46,832 nucleotides of DNA, filler included, from Streblomastix strix (GCA_008636045.1; 2 parts of 2 records of this genome joined end to end with filler, not necessarily neighbours in it); one strand, 5' to 3'. Positions 1 through 13,640 are shown, counted from the first letter of the whole stretch. Translations and numbers: made by a program. Notes: generated by a model not told the origin, from the letters alone.

Positions 1-3000
1 CTGTTATTGTTATTATTGTAATACTAACAGTTATTACTATTACTATTGAGATGATTATTATGTTGATGTTGATGATTACTATTATTATTGATCTTATTAT
101 ACTTTATACATTGATACAGGAGGAGGAAGAAGTTAGAATGATTATTGTGGATTAAGAGTTTGTATTTATGGATTTTATTATTATTATTATGATGATGATT
201 AACTCTAATTGATATTATTCAAACTTGTATTCAAACTATTTAGATTTGAGTTGCTTTTATTGTTTTAATTCAATAACTCAAATCCTTAATTCAGATCTAA
301 TGGAGGAATATTGAATTAATATGAAGTTGTTGACGATTAAACAGAAGCAAATGCGGGAGAATACAAAAATTATGATAATTATTATTATTAATTTGAATTC
401 TTCTATTAATTGCCTGATTAATTCAATTATGAAGGTTATATTGGTTCCGGTGAATGGGAATTAGATCTTTTATTATTATTCAGTTGTATTTGTACAGGAG
501 GCGAATTAGAAGAAGGAATTGAAGGATTATATTATGGAGATGGTTAGAATGCAGTAACTAATGGTGATCCATATGAATTAAGATATTGTTATCTGTTCAT
601 TTATGAATTCTTTTAATTATCTTTATCTTTCATATATTAAATAACTTATTGTTTCTTAAGTGAATTCATTTTCGTTTTTTCAGATTCTTATGCTTTTTCT
701 TGTTCAATCGCCATCATCTTCATCCATTATTATCTTTCCTCTTCTTCTTTCTGCTTTTCTTTTAATTCTTTCAATTCTTTTTCTTTTTATTATTTTTCTT
801 TTTCTTTCATATCTTTAATTTTCTTTATTTATTCTTTTTCTATCAATCTTTGCATTTGTGAGTAAATTGCAAATAAAGATGAATCGTCAAATGATGATGT
901 TGGAATTTGTGTTATAAGTGAAGGAAATGGTGTGAAATATCCTTCATATTAAATCATTTATCGTATTCGAATTTATTTTTCAGGTGAGTGTTTAATTATT
1001 TACAATTGATTTATTTGAGATCGTTTTAATGAAGATCCTTATTAAGTTGATATTTATTATTATTACAATTATTATTAATGTTTCATTGATCCTCCACTGC
1101 TTGTTTTCTCAAATACTTATTCTTTCTCTCAGCTTTCAATAACATCTTTCAAGTCTTTATTTTATTCTTTTTATTTATTATTACTTAATTTATTATCAGG
1201 ACTTTATTCCAATAATTCTTATGGAATAACAAAGCTTTTATTCTTCCCTTACAATGCTTATGATAATGATTATTGTATAGAAGATAGAGGATTTGTAGTT
1301 TATTATTATTACTATTATTATTAAGAAGATTATTATGATGATTATTAAGAAGATGAATGTGATAATAATTTTGATTATGAAGAAGATAATGATTAATTAG
1401 ATTACTATTAAGATTATTATTAATTTGATTTAGATGAGAAAGAAGGCAATGTTGGAAGTGAAGGTAATGAAGGCAATGAATTAAGAAATGAATTAGACAA
1501 TGACTTTGATTGCGGAAGTTGAGGCAACTTTTCAACTTGATCTCGTTTCTATGATCCATTTTTATCTGATTCTGATTATTAATTGTCTTTCGCATATTCA
1601 TTAATTACTTCTAATTATTTAATTTGTCCTTCAGAATCTTCTTATTTTGATTCATTTTTCTACTCAGTGAATTGATTATAGTTTTGTATTGGTGAGAGTA
1701 TGAATATTGTTGGTGAAATATGAATGTGCTCAATTTGTACTGAAAAAATCTTCTCAAAAATTGTCTATTCTAATAATTATGGTTATTAATGTTGTTGCAG
1801 TTATTATTAAGAAGAAGATTAATTTAATGATGTATTACTAACAGATCTTTGCAAATTATCTACTCCTGGAATATTCTTATTCAAAACAAACTTCTTCTGG
1901 GGCCATGATAAATAAAATTGAAATTTCTTAATAAAAACTGAGATTCCAATTCGTCTTAATTGATTGAACAACGCATGATTAGGAAGTATCTTATTCTAAA
2001 CCAACATGTCGGTGATTGTTGTATATTTCATTATTTATTATTTTTTAGAATCAGATACTTGATTTTTATGAGTTTCACTTGATTTCGAAGTTTCTTGTTT
2101 ATTTGTTTCATTTTACTATTTAAATTCATTTGTTTTATCTTTTTCATTCATATTCACATTTGTTTTCTCTTTCAACTAATCCTTATCACTTCAATTTCCA
2201 TTCCCATTCCCATTTCCATTTCCATTTTCCAAATCTAACTTATTCTAATCAACCCATTTATTGATCTGAGCAAACCAATGTGCAATGGCTCTCATTGTGA
2301 ACAGTGTTATCGGAGCTTTGACTGTGTCTGTAGTCAACTACACCCCCATATTCCTCAGTTGGTGCGTCTTTCGAGAGAATGACAGAGACAATCTCACATG
2401 AACTGAGAAGTCAGATACAATTGTGTTGTCTATTGTGCCACTTTTAGTCGTTTATTTTGAGTTTATGTTGTATCCTAGTTTTTCCAATTAAATTACTCGA
2501 TTGTATTCTTACTCCCATTTCACTAAGTATCGTGGTGATGAATTCAGCCAACTTGATATAAATTATTATTATTGTTAATTGATATTGGTGTTTTATTATG
2601 AATTCTATTTAGATTATTAATTAGTATTTATAGTATTAGTACTATTGTATTACTATTTCATATACAACTCATTTGGATAAGCAGTGAGTTGAGCTGTGCT
2701 GATTCCAACGCTCTCAATCAGCAAATCTTTCACTAAAGTCTTCTCCTTCTGCCCTTTGACTCTCCTTTTCCACTCAGACGCACCTTCAATGACTGTGTGA
2801 ATGCTGCTATTCTACTCTATTACATTCTCTTATTTATTTCACGGTCTCACAATTGTGCCCGAGTCATAAACACTGATTGTGTTTGAATGGTTGAAATCTG
2901 GTCCTGTTTCAGGAGATGTGTATATCAGGAGACCAACCATACGAATGATGATAGCTGGTACAAGAACAGATTTATTTGTATTGATATTTGGTTGTGGTGC

Positions 3001-3930
3001 ATTAGAAGCATTATTCATATTCTGCTAAGGACAATTGAAGTTCAGATTCCTCAATTTAATGTTCTCATCAATACCACTCCTCAAATAAATAATGAATTCT
3101 CTTATTCTCAGTCATATGTGCCATAATTTCTTCAATATGAACTTTGGTATACCAATTCCTTCTCCATCATTCAATACACCAAACATCTCATTTTTACTTT
3201 CTAATTCTTTTTATTCTTTTTCTTTCTTCTTCAACAATTCTTTTTATTACTTTTCTAATTCTTTTCTTTATTTTAATGCCTATTTCTCTTTATCCTTTGA
3301 ACTCATTGAATTTTCTTTCTCTTTTCTCTTCAATTCCTCTTTAACTTGCTTTTCTTCTTCTTTTTGCTTCTTTTTAATTTGTTTCTCTTTGTTCTCCTCA
3401 CTTTCCAATCTGTCTTTAATTACTCTCTCATATGCTTCAGGTGTCAGTATCAATGATTCTTCTCTCGTTGGAGGCGCATTTTCAAGAGCGATGCATCCTT
3501 CCAGTTTATCAACTGATACGAATATTGGGTCTTCACTGAATGGAGACAATGGAATCTGATGTCATTCAATGTATATTTAAATATAATTTATAAATATAAT
3601 ATAATAGAAAAATTAATTTGAATATAGATATAAAAACTTTGATATATGCTTGGTTGAGTCTTGCATTCTCCAATAAAAATGGTAGGTCGGCTTGTTTAGT
3701 AATGTATTCGACATTAACTTCTAAAATTAAGAAAAATGAAGAATTTTAATGTTGAAATATTATTCGAATAAACCAGCATTTGAGATCTTAATTTCTCCAG
3801 ATACTGCAGAAATATCAACAGTATTAGAGTCGAAGTTTTAGAAGTAAGGCTAAAATAAAACATGTAATAACGAAAATAGTAAAAATCAATGGCAAACTGC
3901 AATAAATCGAGCTACTATGGAGTTTAACAT
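1..3930 (-). CDS. Chorein_N-domain (VPS13/ATG2/BLTP3-like) lipid-transfer protein; runs off the window start; contains 4 in-frame TGA (pseudogene or readthrough)
   Basis: Exons 3930-3898, 3849-3774, 3720-3638 and 3555-<1 with phase-compatible GT-AG introns (48, 53, 82 nt). They give MLNSIVARFIAPYFQNFDSNTVDISAVSGEIKISNAEVNVEYITKQADLPFLLENARLNQAYIKIPLSPFSEDPIFVSVDKLEG, matching the Chorein_N pattern (YxxNFD..SGE..LPF..IKIP..P..V.VDKL). One frame is kept to base 1 with TAR=Gln; TGA at 3112-3114, 2839-2841, 2191-2193, 1129-1131. Confidence 0.75.
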
Positions 3931-4314
3931 TAAAACAATCACCCCTTTAATAAAAAATAAAGAAAGTTGCATTAATTAAACAAAATAAAATTATCTAATC
4001 GTTAGATTTTTACAATTTATTATATAAGAATTTCAAACAAGTTTAATTCCATAATTATGAAAATAAATTGGTATATTATTAAATAATTAGGAAAAATAAA
4101 ATATTTTTAATATAATTAATAGAGTAACTAATAGATTGTATTTATGAATGTCTCGGAATTCAGTCTGTACGCTATCTTGATAATTGCTAAGTTACCAGAA
4201 TTATTCTGAAGTAAATTTTATACCTAATTATATATAACCTTTAAATGATGATGATCAAATAAAAAGAAACTGAATATGTTTAAGAACCTCTTCAGGACGC
4301 AAACACAGAAAAAT

Positions 4315-4316
<2 letters not shown>

Positions 4317-4368
<52 letters not shown>
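4317..4368. repeat. (AT)n microsatellite, about 26 units
   Basis: Uninterrupted atatat... run. Confidence 0.95.
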
Positions 4369-4371
<3 letters not shown>

Positions 4372-4689
4372 TGATAAACAATTTTAAATATACGTTATTA
4401 ATTCAAAATCTGATAGACACTTAATGAATCACTTTTATAACCGTACCTTGATAACAACTTTAAAGGATAGATAAGTTTCTTTATAAAATCAAAGTTAAAA
4501 ATATTTTTTGAATAACACTTAAAGAATGAAAAAATTATACTTTTGTTGATATGTTTTAAGAAATAGGCGCAGAAAAGCAAGAAAATTACTTAATGATAAA
4601 GATTTTATTACAACAAATTATTCAAGAAGACTCATCTCGAATATGTATCCTCTTTACAAAGTGATTAATGAATTATTAAGAAATAAATT

Positions 4690-5204
4690 AAATAGTGAAA
4701 TAGTTTAATATCAAAATGATAAGATGAATATGAACAAGATAATCTCAAATAGAATAAAATAGTGAAATAGTTTAATATCAAAATGATAAGATGAATATGA
4801 ATAAGATAATCTCAAATAGAATAAAAGAATGAAATAGTTTAATATCAAANNNNNNNNNNNNNNNNNNNNNNNNNNNNNNNNNNNNNNNNNNNNNNNNNNN
4901 NNNNNNNNNNNNNNNNNNNNNNNNNNNNNNNNNNNNNNNNNNNNNNNNNGATGAATATGAACAAGATAATCTCAAATAGAATAAAATAGTGAAATAGTTT
5001 AATATCAAAATGATAAGATGAATATGAATAAGATAATCTCAAATAGAATAAAAGAATGAAATAGTTTAATATCAAATTGATAAGATGAATATGAATAAGA
5101 TAATCTCAAATAGAATAAAATAGTGAAATAGTTTAATATCAAATTGATAAGATGAAAATGAATAAGATAATTTCAAATAGAATAAAATAGTGAAATAGTT
5201 TAAT
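4690..5204. repeat. 67-bp tandem minisatellite spanning a 100-N gap (4850-4949)
   Basis: Unit aaatagtgaaatagtttaatatcaaaatgataagatgaatatgaa(c/t)aagataatctcaaatagaata repeated head-to-tail with minor variants. The ORF track shows near-identical ORFs offset by 67 nt. Confidence 0.95.
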
Positions 5205-5215
5205 TTAATATGAAA

Positions 5216-6505
5216 TCATTATACAATACATTTCTTATTCCTCTATTCAAACACATCAAATAAATTCCATTAAACTCCATATTCCAAAAGTATTGATGTT
5301 TTCTGGTTGAATTAAGCTGTTGGTTCAACAAGTCTTTCAAATTATGTAATTTTGAACGAATCATTTGTACAATATATAAAAACCTATTGATATAATGTAT
5401 TAAAAAATTATATAATTAATTATTAATAAAATATAATATTAATAATTTGTTTCTTTATTATTCATAATTTATAATATCATATTCTTATATATAATAATAT
5501 CAATAATATTTATTATACCATGAATTTCACTCCTATAGGTACATTTGCTATATATAATGGCTGTTATTCGTGATCAATGAAGTAAGTTAATGTGCGTGGA
5601 GTAGAATTCATATTAAGCTAATATAGAGAAATTATATTTAAAAATATCAATCAAAAATTTAAATATTAATATTTAATTAATAAAAAGTATTTCATAAAAA
5701 TAATATTTTATTTCAATAATATAGTATATTAAGTATGTATAATTACTTCCAAAGCTACATAATGTCCTTCATCGAATCTTTTATTATATTTCTTACTGTT
5801 ATGATACGTGTCAACATGTTAAAAATCTCCACTAAATAAACAATAATTATATTAAATTAAAAAGAGATAACATTTTGATTTAATAAATTAATTCTATTAT
5901 ATAGATAAAAATAATCATTTTTTAATTTATAAAATTTTATATATAATAAAATTTGTTATTACATCTTATTATAATTATAATTATTAAATAATAAATAAAA
6001 TAATCGTTTAACTTGCTATGTAAAAAAATAATCTTATCCTTCTATTCAGCACCTATTAATGATTACAAATAAATAAATTTATATTTATTATATAAATTAC
6101 CATTTATTATAATATATAACCATTATATAATTTAATCAATTTATTACACCATAAACATCATATGATTCTCTGGCTCTAAATTTGCAACCATCCTCACAAA
6201 TTCCTATTTCTATAATATAATTTAATTTATATTTTGAAATAATAAATTTTAAACGTATAATTTTATTATTATATGAGTTATAATTTATTATTTAATATTA
6301 ATATGAAAATACCGCAATCGCTTCCAACGTTCTAAATTTCAAATTTTGCAATCCCTGTTTTTATAACTGGTTCAAAGGTTATTACACATTCTGAATAGTG
6401 AAGTTAAATATGTTAGAAAAGACCATCTTTAATTGTATAATCATTTTTGGAAGGAATATAATCCACTGGACCAACTGCTTCAACTGATATTGAATATGGT
6501 TCCAT
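5216..6505 (-). CDS. Stand-alone SPRY/B30.2-like protein, about 6 exons, C-terminal CaaX box (CIVQ)
   Basis: Spliced translation MEPYSISVEAVGPVDYIPSKNDYTIKDGLFQHIQLHYSECVITFEPVIKTGIAKFEIQNVGSDC/EIGICEDG.../GDFQHV...YVALE/LNMNSTPRTLTYFIDHEQQPLYIANVPIGVKFM/VFIYCTNDSFKITQFE...NKKCIVQ*. Homologous to the C-terminal domains at 29916-30942 and 40827-41843. Start codon is uncertain. Confidence 0.75.
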
Positions 6506-7061
6506 TTTGTTCTAAGAATATATTAATATATAAATAAAGAAAATTATGCATTTAAAAATGTAATATAATTATACTAAAATTAATCAAATTGAAATTAGAG
6601 TGTATTTTACAAGTTTGGTATATCAAAATGTTCATATTTGGACAAATAAGTGTAAAAAGTGGGTTATTATGTGTGTGAAATATGTGAGAATGGAGGAACA
6701 GGGCGTTTTTTAAGAAAAATTGTCGTGTGTTTTGGTGGATAGTTTATATCATATTTATGATCTTATTTGTATAAAATTAAGTGTCCTTCCTACTTAAATA
6801 GTAAAAAAATTTGATAATGTTATATTTTATTATTTGCAGCATTTGCAAGGAGCGAAATTATGTTAAATATTTTGAAGGAGCAAGTATGAAGCGAATTTAA
6901 TTAGAAATAGGTATATATATTGAATAATAGTTATAAATAATAAAAGTGAAAAAGTAAAAAATAAAAGTTTTGAGAAATTTTGTTGGCCAGTGCGCAATTT
7001 CTATCAAAAATGTGGTCTCGACTGAAATTTTGCCACTCGATTAATTATTGTTTTATTTTTA

Positions 7062-7690
7062 ATGTCTAAATTCTTATTCGTTTTGTAGATAGAATTTTTA
7101 TTTGTAATTATCAAGCATTGTACATATAATATACTCTTACTCTATTTACTATCACAGCAATTGTGTAATCAAACTTGCAAGAAAACATCACTTGTTCTAA
7201 TGCTCAAAATGTTTAAATATATTAGCTGTTACATATTTTCATATTTAGAAAATATACTATTTATTATTTGTTCTATTTTAACTCTATAACTAATTGTCTA
7301 CAATTAGAATATGCTGAGCAAGAATTTAACAGAAAAAACACTAAAATTCGTGTTATATAACTTTATAATTGTTTTCCTATCATATTAATTCAATTATTCA
7401 GTAACATTAATATTACTTTTAATTTTCATAATTCTTATTATCATAATTGCTCATAATATTTGCACTTTGCTTTTATTTTTTTCTTTCACTTTTTAAAATT
7501 AATAGATATTTTGAACTTAAAAATGGTTGATTATCAGATATAATCTGTTAGTGGAATTCAGAATGGAGTATTATACGGTGAAACTATAAGCATAGAAAGC
7601 GATGGAGACTTATACATTGGTCCAAATCCTAATAATCCATCTGAATTTTAGATAACAAGTAGTGGCTCTCTGACTATATCCATTAGTTGA
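7062..7690 (+). CDS. Small hypothetical multi-exon protein; only the last exon is well supported
   Basis: Exon-like block after an AG acceptor at ~7505 reads ILNLKMVDYQIQSVSGIQNGVLYGETISIESDGDLYIGPNPNNPSEFQITSSGSLTISIS*(TGA 7688-7690). Upstream exons are tentative. Confidence 0.35.
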
Positions 7691-7823
7691 AGTATATTGA
7701 CTCTGATTTATATATAGCATACTGCAGAGTTTTTACAGATCATGCGAAAATTAGCTTTCATATTCAAATATTAAATAAACAAATAAGTTCTATAATTTTT
7801 ATTAACTGATTTTTTATTATATT

Positions 7824-10800
7824 TCATTTTGGAGAAACTAGTGAAATTTTGTGGAAAAGCGTCAATTCTTGATATGTATGAGTGTGAGATGAAGATAAAT
7901 TATAATGATATTCTTTATTATTATCTTTTTTCTTCGGAATAGATTATTCAGATGAAACAACTGTGAAATCAACATTAATATTGAAAGTTTCATATTATTC
8001 ACCATCAATCTCAATATTAATTGAAATTGGGATTATTTATCCAAGCGTACACTTACCAATCATTTATTTCTGATCATCATCTGAATCTTTCATTATTATA
8101 CATCCTTCATTTAGATTAGATGGGAGTTCAACATAGATTTCATTCCAAATGACTTTATTATCAATTCTTTAATTTAATTCAGATTATTATTATTATGTTC
8201 TTTTATTTAATTAACAAGGAACTTAAATCATATTTCTTTTCTTTTATCCACTTCCAAACATTAAAATGCATTTGGCTTTATTAATTCCTCCTATTCTTTA
8301 TAATTTCAATTCAGAATCAATTAAAATTATTTGTATGATGTTTGGTTTATTTAATCCAATTACAAATGACCCGCCAATGCAAATGCATCTATTTTAAACA
8401 TCATTCATTATTTGCTATGAATTCTCATGTTATTTCGTAATTGATGAAAGTGATTCATGGAATACAGAAATATCAGCAATAATATGAGATGGAGGAATTC
8501 TTTTCTATACCTAAAACTTTTCATTTAAAATTATTTCATTGTTATGTTTAATTTAATTAACATTATTGAGAGAAGAATTAGATGTGAAATCAATTTTTGT
8601 TAGATCATTGATATTATCAGATTCATGAATTAATTCCTCTTTTTCAGTTGTTGATTATTAATTAGAATATGAATGAGAATTACTATGATATGAAATTATA
8701 GGAAGTAAGAACCCTAATGTCATGAAAATAGTAGAAGGAAGTTCAGGTATAAAATTGAACAGAGTAGTGTTCAACTTCAGAATTTCAGAAAGTGCTGTCT
8801 AACAGATTATATGAATAAATTAATTTCTAGATTATTATTCATCATTATATTCTTAAACATCATTCTTTTCATTTATTTTATTATCAATATTTATTTATCT
8901 CACTTTTTTCCCATTATATTTTTCATTAAGAATTATATTCCAGAATAAATATGGAGATATTCCTTTCATTGCAATCTTAATAGTTCCTAATATATAAAAT
9001 AGATCAAAAAGTAATTCGGTTGTATGTGATAGTGCTAAATGTGATTATGATGATGAAGATTATGAATAAAGATTGAAATGATTGAGAATTGGAAGATTGA
9101 AGAATGACTAAGTTAAAGGATCAATTAATGAATTTGAATTTATTTCGAAATTTCTTTCTAATATTTATTGATATTTATTATTTTCAATAATTTATAATTC
9201 ATTATTGTTTATTCTGCATTATTATTACATTTTATATGATTATCGAAATTCTTTAATGGGTTTTGTAATAGACTCTATTGGTCCAAATATTGACTAAGTT
9301 ATAAGTTCTTTGTCTTATTATTATATTGTATTTTATTATTATTACATAGTTTGATCATGTACTTAGGAATCAGAAATATTGAGAAATGAGATTGATAAAG
9401 ATGCGAATAATGAAAGAAGATCAAATATAATTGATGAATATATTGATTGTAATAACGATGAAGACGTTGAATCTAATATTAAATCATTTTGGATTTATGG
9501 TTAATTATTCATTTCTTATTTAGATTTGTCAATTTATAAATTAAATTAATCATTTCCTATATTTTATTAATAATTTTATTAGTCTTTATCAACCTTTGTT
9601 TCTTCGGTATTAATATACTATTTATCTTCAATAATTTCTTTCTAATTTAATTTTTAATCATTATTAATAATAGAATCCATCCTGTCAGTAAATCTAATGG
9701 CTTCTTAAGGATTATTGAATTGAAGAAATAAAACAGAAGAAGAATAAGAAGATGAATGTAAATAAGAAGAAGATATTTATTATTCATCTTCGCACTTTTC
9801 ATTATATGATATTTTAACAACAGATCTTGAGTTATCATTGTCTTTCATTATTAATTTAAAATCATTTATTTATTCTTTATTGTTAAATTCTTCTATTTAT
9901 TTATTATTCTAACTGTTTAATTGATTATCATTTTCGTCTTGGTCAATATTAATAATTTCAACTTTAATATCTTTAATTATTTCAATCATCTCACGAGTTA
10001 CTTCAGATTGAATATGAGAATATTATGATGATTATTAAGAAGTGGAATGCGAATAAGTATAGTGAGATGAATGATTATTTGTAGAATATGTGAGTAGCAA
10101 GAAATGTTGATCTTGATTATTATTATTTTATTGTAATTTTTAGATAGGATTTTCTTATTTTTCTATTTCATCCAATATATTTTTATAATCTTTGCTATTA
10201 TTAATTTCATTATTCAATTAATTATTAATTTCATTATTCAATTTATTATCATCATTATTAATCTTTATGATCTCAACTCTGGATATTTCTTCATTCAATT
10301 AATATGCGATTCCACATTCAGATAAAGCTGAAATTGCGAAAGATTATGATTATTCTTATTAATTATTTGTCACTAGTATTAATAATACATAAGAAACGAA
10401 AAAAATCAATTATTAATAAAATAATTAATTAATTAATAATAAAAATCACAAAAATACATATAATTATTATAAAGTAATAAATACCTTTATTTTCATTACT
10501 CTCATCAATATTATTATGATTGATATTTTCAGGTATCTATTATAAGGATCTTTCTAATGGCATATATTTAGAAGAAAGAAGTGCAAATTGAGAAGTTGTT
10601 GAAACTGAATATTAAGAAGATTATGAAGAAGGTTATTTTACTTCTTCTTTTTATTTTTCAATTGAAATGTTAGCATTATTATCAATATTAGATTATGAAT
10701 TAATTTATTGTTAACCATTTGTATTTTGTTCTTACTCTTCTCCTTTTATTTCAATATTTTTTTATTATTCATTTTCTTCTTATTTATTAACACTTTATTT

Positions 10801-13246
10801 ACTTATATCTTAATTATTCTATTCTTTTTATTCATTTATTATATTTAATTATTTATCTTCCTATTCTTATTCTTATTCTTTTTATTAACATTAATCTATT
10901 TATTCATCAATTTAATGAGGAGGAGCAGGAATTGGTGGAAGAGGAGGAGGAAGCTTTAAATAAGAAGATGAAGATATTTAAGTAATTGAATGTGACTGAT
11001 TAGTTTATTCTTCTTCTTCATCATCATCTTCTTCTTATTATTATTATTATTAACTTTCTTCATATTAATCCTCTTAATCTAACTTATTTTCAACTTCGTC
11101 ATCTTCATTTCTTGATTTATCATATTCATCTTCATTTTATGAAGAACAATTTGATCTTATTTTCTTTTTATTATCAATTTCATTTTATTCATTATTATTG
11201 TTACTATTTATTTTTCTTTTCTTTGTAACTATTTCTTTTATATTTTCTTTTATTTTATCATTTTGATATTATTATTCTTATTACATTTTCTATTTATTTT
11301 GAAATTGTTTCATATAAGACTTTTCTTCTTGTTTTACAAACTGTATGAATATAAATAGAGATAATAATAAATATAATAATTCATAAAGATATATAATTAA
11401 CAATAAACAATAATTAATTCATATAACAAACATTCAATTCTCTATTTAAATTTGTAGGTGTTTATGAAAGAGATAATGATCCATCTTTATCATTAATTAT
11501 TTATTATAATTATTTGTTATCTTTTTATTTATTATTTTCATATAGTTATGATCTTTATGTTGAAATACATTCACTATTTTATAAGGATGAATCATCAGGA
11601 ATTATAAATCCAACAACTTTCTGTTTCTATTTCTATTGTTATTTCTTATTATTCTTCATTTATTTCTATTCTTAATCAATTGAATTAGTTTATTCAATTA
11701 TTATTTCTTATTTTTAATTATTTTGTTTTTCTTTATCATATTTTTTATCGGTTCTTTTTATCTCATTTTAATTTATTTCAATCTTTTACTTTTAATTGGT
11801 GACTTAATTAATTTAATTATCAAATGAATTGATAGATTGATATTGGTATTAACAATTTCTAATCAAGTTTTATATCGGTTCCATTTATTATACCTCTTCT
11901 TAACTCTCAAAAGTATTTATTTAACTTTTTTCAAATATTTTATTATTATTATTCTCATTTTCTTTTGAGTAATCAAAATATAATTTTCTAATTGCATTAT
12001 TTCCTTAGTCAACAATTATAGCTGATCCTCCACCAATAAGTAAAATTGATTTTGGTTGATTAAATCTACATATTCCAATTGCTTACCCATCAATGAATCC
12101 AGATTCTCCTTTATGGATAATTTATTATTGTGATTTTTATATAGAAGGAATATTAAGTGATGGAACTCTATTAATTTTTTTAGCCTTTTATTACAATTAT
12201 TATAATTATTGTTATGACTGTGTACAAGATCCAGATGTATTAACAGTTGCTGTTGAATTCAAAGATCTATTAGTAATTGAGCTCATGTTAGTCATTGAAG
12301 TGAAGTTAGTCTATCTGGATGAATTAGATGATTATTAACTTATTGATTATGGGGATATGGAATGTATATTAGGATTCTATATTTATAGTGGTGGTATTGG
12401 AGAAGGTGACCTTGACCTTAACTACTATTTACTATTAATAATGTTTACTTAATCATCATCATTATTATTAGTAGGAAGTGGTCCAGCTATAGTCTCTACA
12501 CCTAATCTATCACTGCTTATCCTTCTTATACAATTATTCCCAGAATCTACTATAAGTAATGCTCCATCATTTGCATATGTTATTGATGTTGGTGAATTGA
12601 ATAGAGAATTGAATCCATCTTAGAATCCGCATCTTCCACAAATACCACCTATTACTCTAAGTGTAGAATCTTTGAATTAATAAATGCAGTGATTCAATTT
12701 ATCAGTAATGAATATTTCATCTTCATTTCCTAAACATATTCCATTGGGTCCTTTCATTCCTTGTCCAGAAACAATAGTCTTAACATTACCATCTTTAGTA
12801 ATCATACGAATTGCACTATTTCCTTCATCAGCTACATATATACCATCTTAATTAGCATACAGACCTTATGGTTTAGAAAACATCGCATCCACACTACGAC
12901 CATCATAGAATCCTTTTTTTCCATTCCCAAATATCTTATCAATCTTCATTGTTTCAATTGATATTGATTTTATTCTGTTATGACCTGAATCACTCACATA
13001 TATATGTCCATCTACAAATGCTAGGCCTGTTGGCTCAATAATGTTTGTACGAGTCTCATTGGCAGCAATTGTTTCAACTAATCCAGACTTATTCATTCTT
13101 CTCAAAAGATTATTTCCAATATCAGCAATTAGTATTGTTCCATCTGGAAGGATACATGAAGCTCCTGGTCTGTTGAAACGAGCTTGAGTATGAGCACCAT
13201 CTGTTGATCCAACTCTAAGACTTCCACAAAGTGTTCGAACCTACAT
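7824..13246 (-). CDS. Large NHL-repeat (beta-propeller) protein with long Q/N/E low-complexity regions, ~1740 aa
   Basis: ATG TAG GTT... gives MQVRTLCGSLRVGSTDGAHTQARFNRPGASCILPDGTILIADIGNNLLRRM...EPTGLAFVDGHIYVSDSGHNRIK...GFYDGRSVDAMFSKPQGLYA.. (repeated F..P.G...DG.IYVAD.GN..IR NHL motifs). Introns 11341-11431 and 10373-10484; no internal TGA; stop TGA 7824-7826. Confidence 0.85.
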
Positions 13247-13640
13247 TATTTTTGTATTTACTACTAAAATAAAAAATAAACAAATATTTATCAAAAAAAA
13301 TTTGAAATATCTACTAATAAGTTAGAAATTTTTGAATAATTCAAGTTTTTTCTTGATAAAATTAGATATTCAATTATTAGGGATTTTAGATATATAATTG
13401 GAATAGTTCATATAAAAATATTTAAAAAAAATATACTTAAATTAAATTTTATTTATTAAACTAATAATAAGTGTTTGTAATTAGAAAGAAAATGCATTTT
13501 AAAGGTAAAATTATTTATTGTATCTTCAATTAAAGATAAAATTTGAATAAGATATAAAATTTTGATTTATAACAAGTAAAATTTATTAAAACCACTTTTA
13601 AATTTAAAAATTGTAAAACATGTAAAGAGATATTCCAGTT

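Noticed and set aside
4134..4310. Possible orphan exon (CIYECLGIQSVRYLDNCQVTRIIL)
   Set aside because: Short, with no recognisable homology and no consistent gene model.
4690..5204. 67-bp array as a CRISPR array
   Set aside because: Units are contiguous with no unique spacers, the context is eukaryotic and no cas genes are present.
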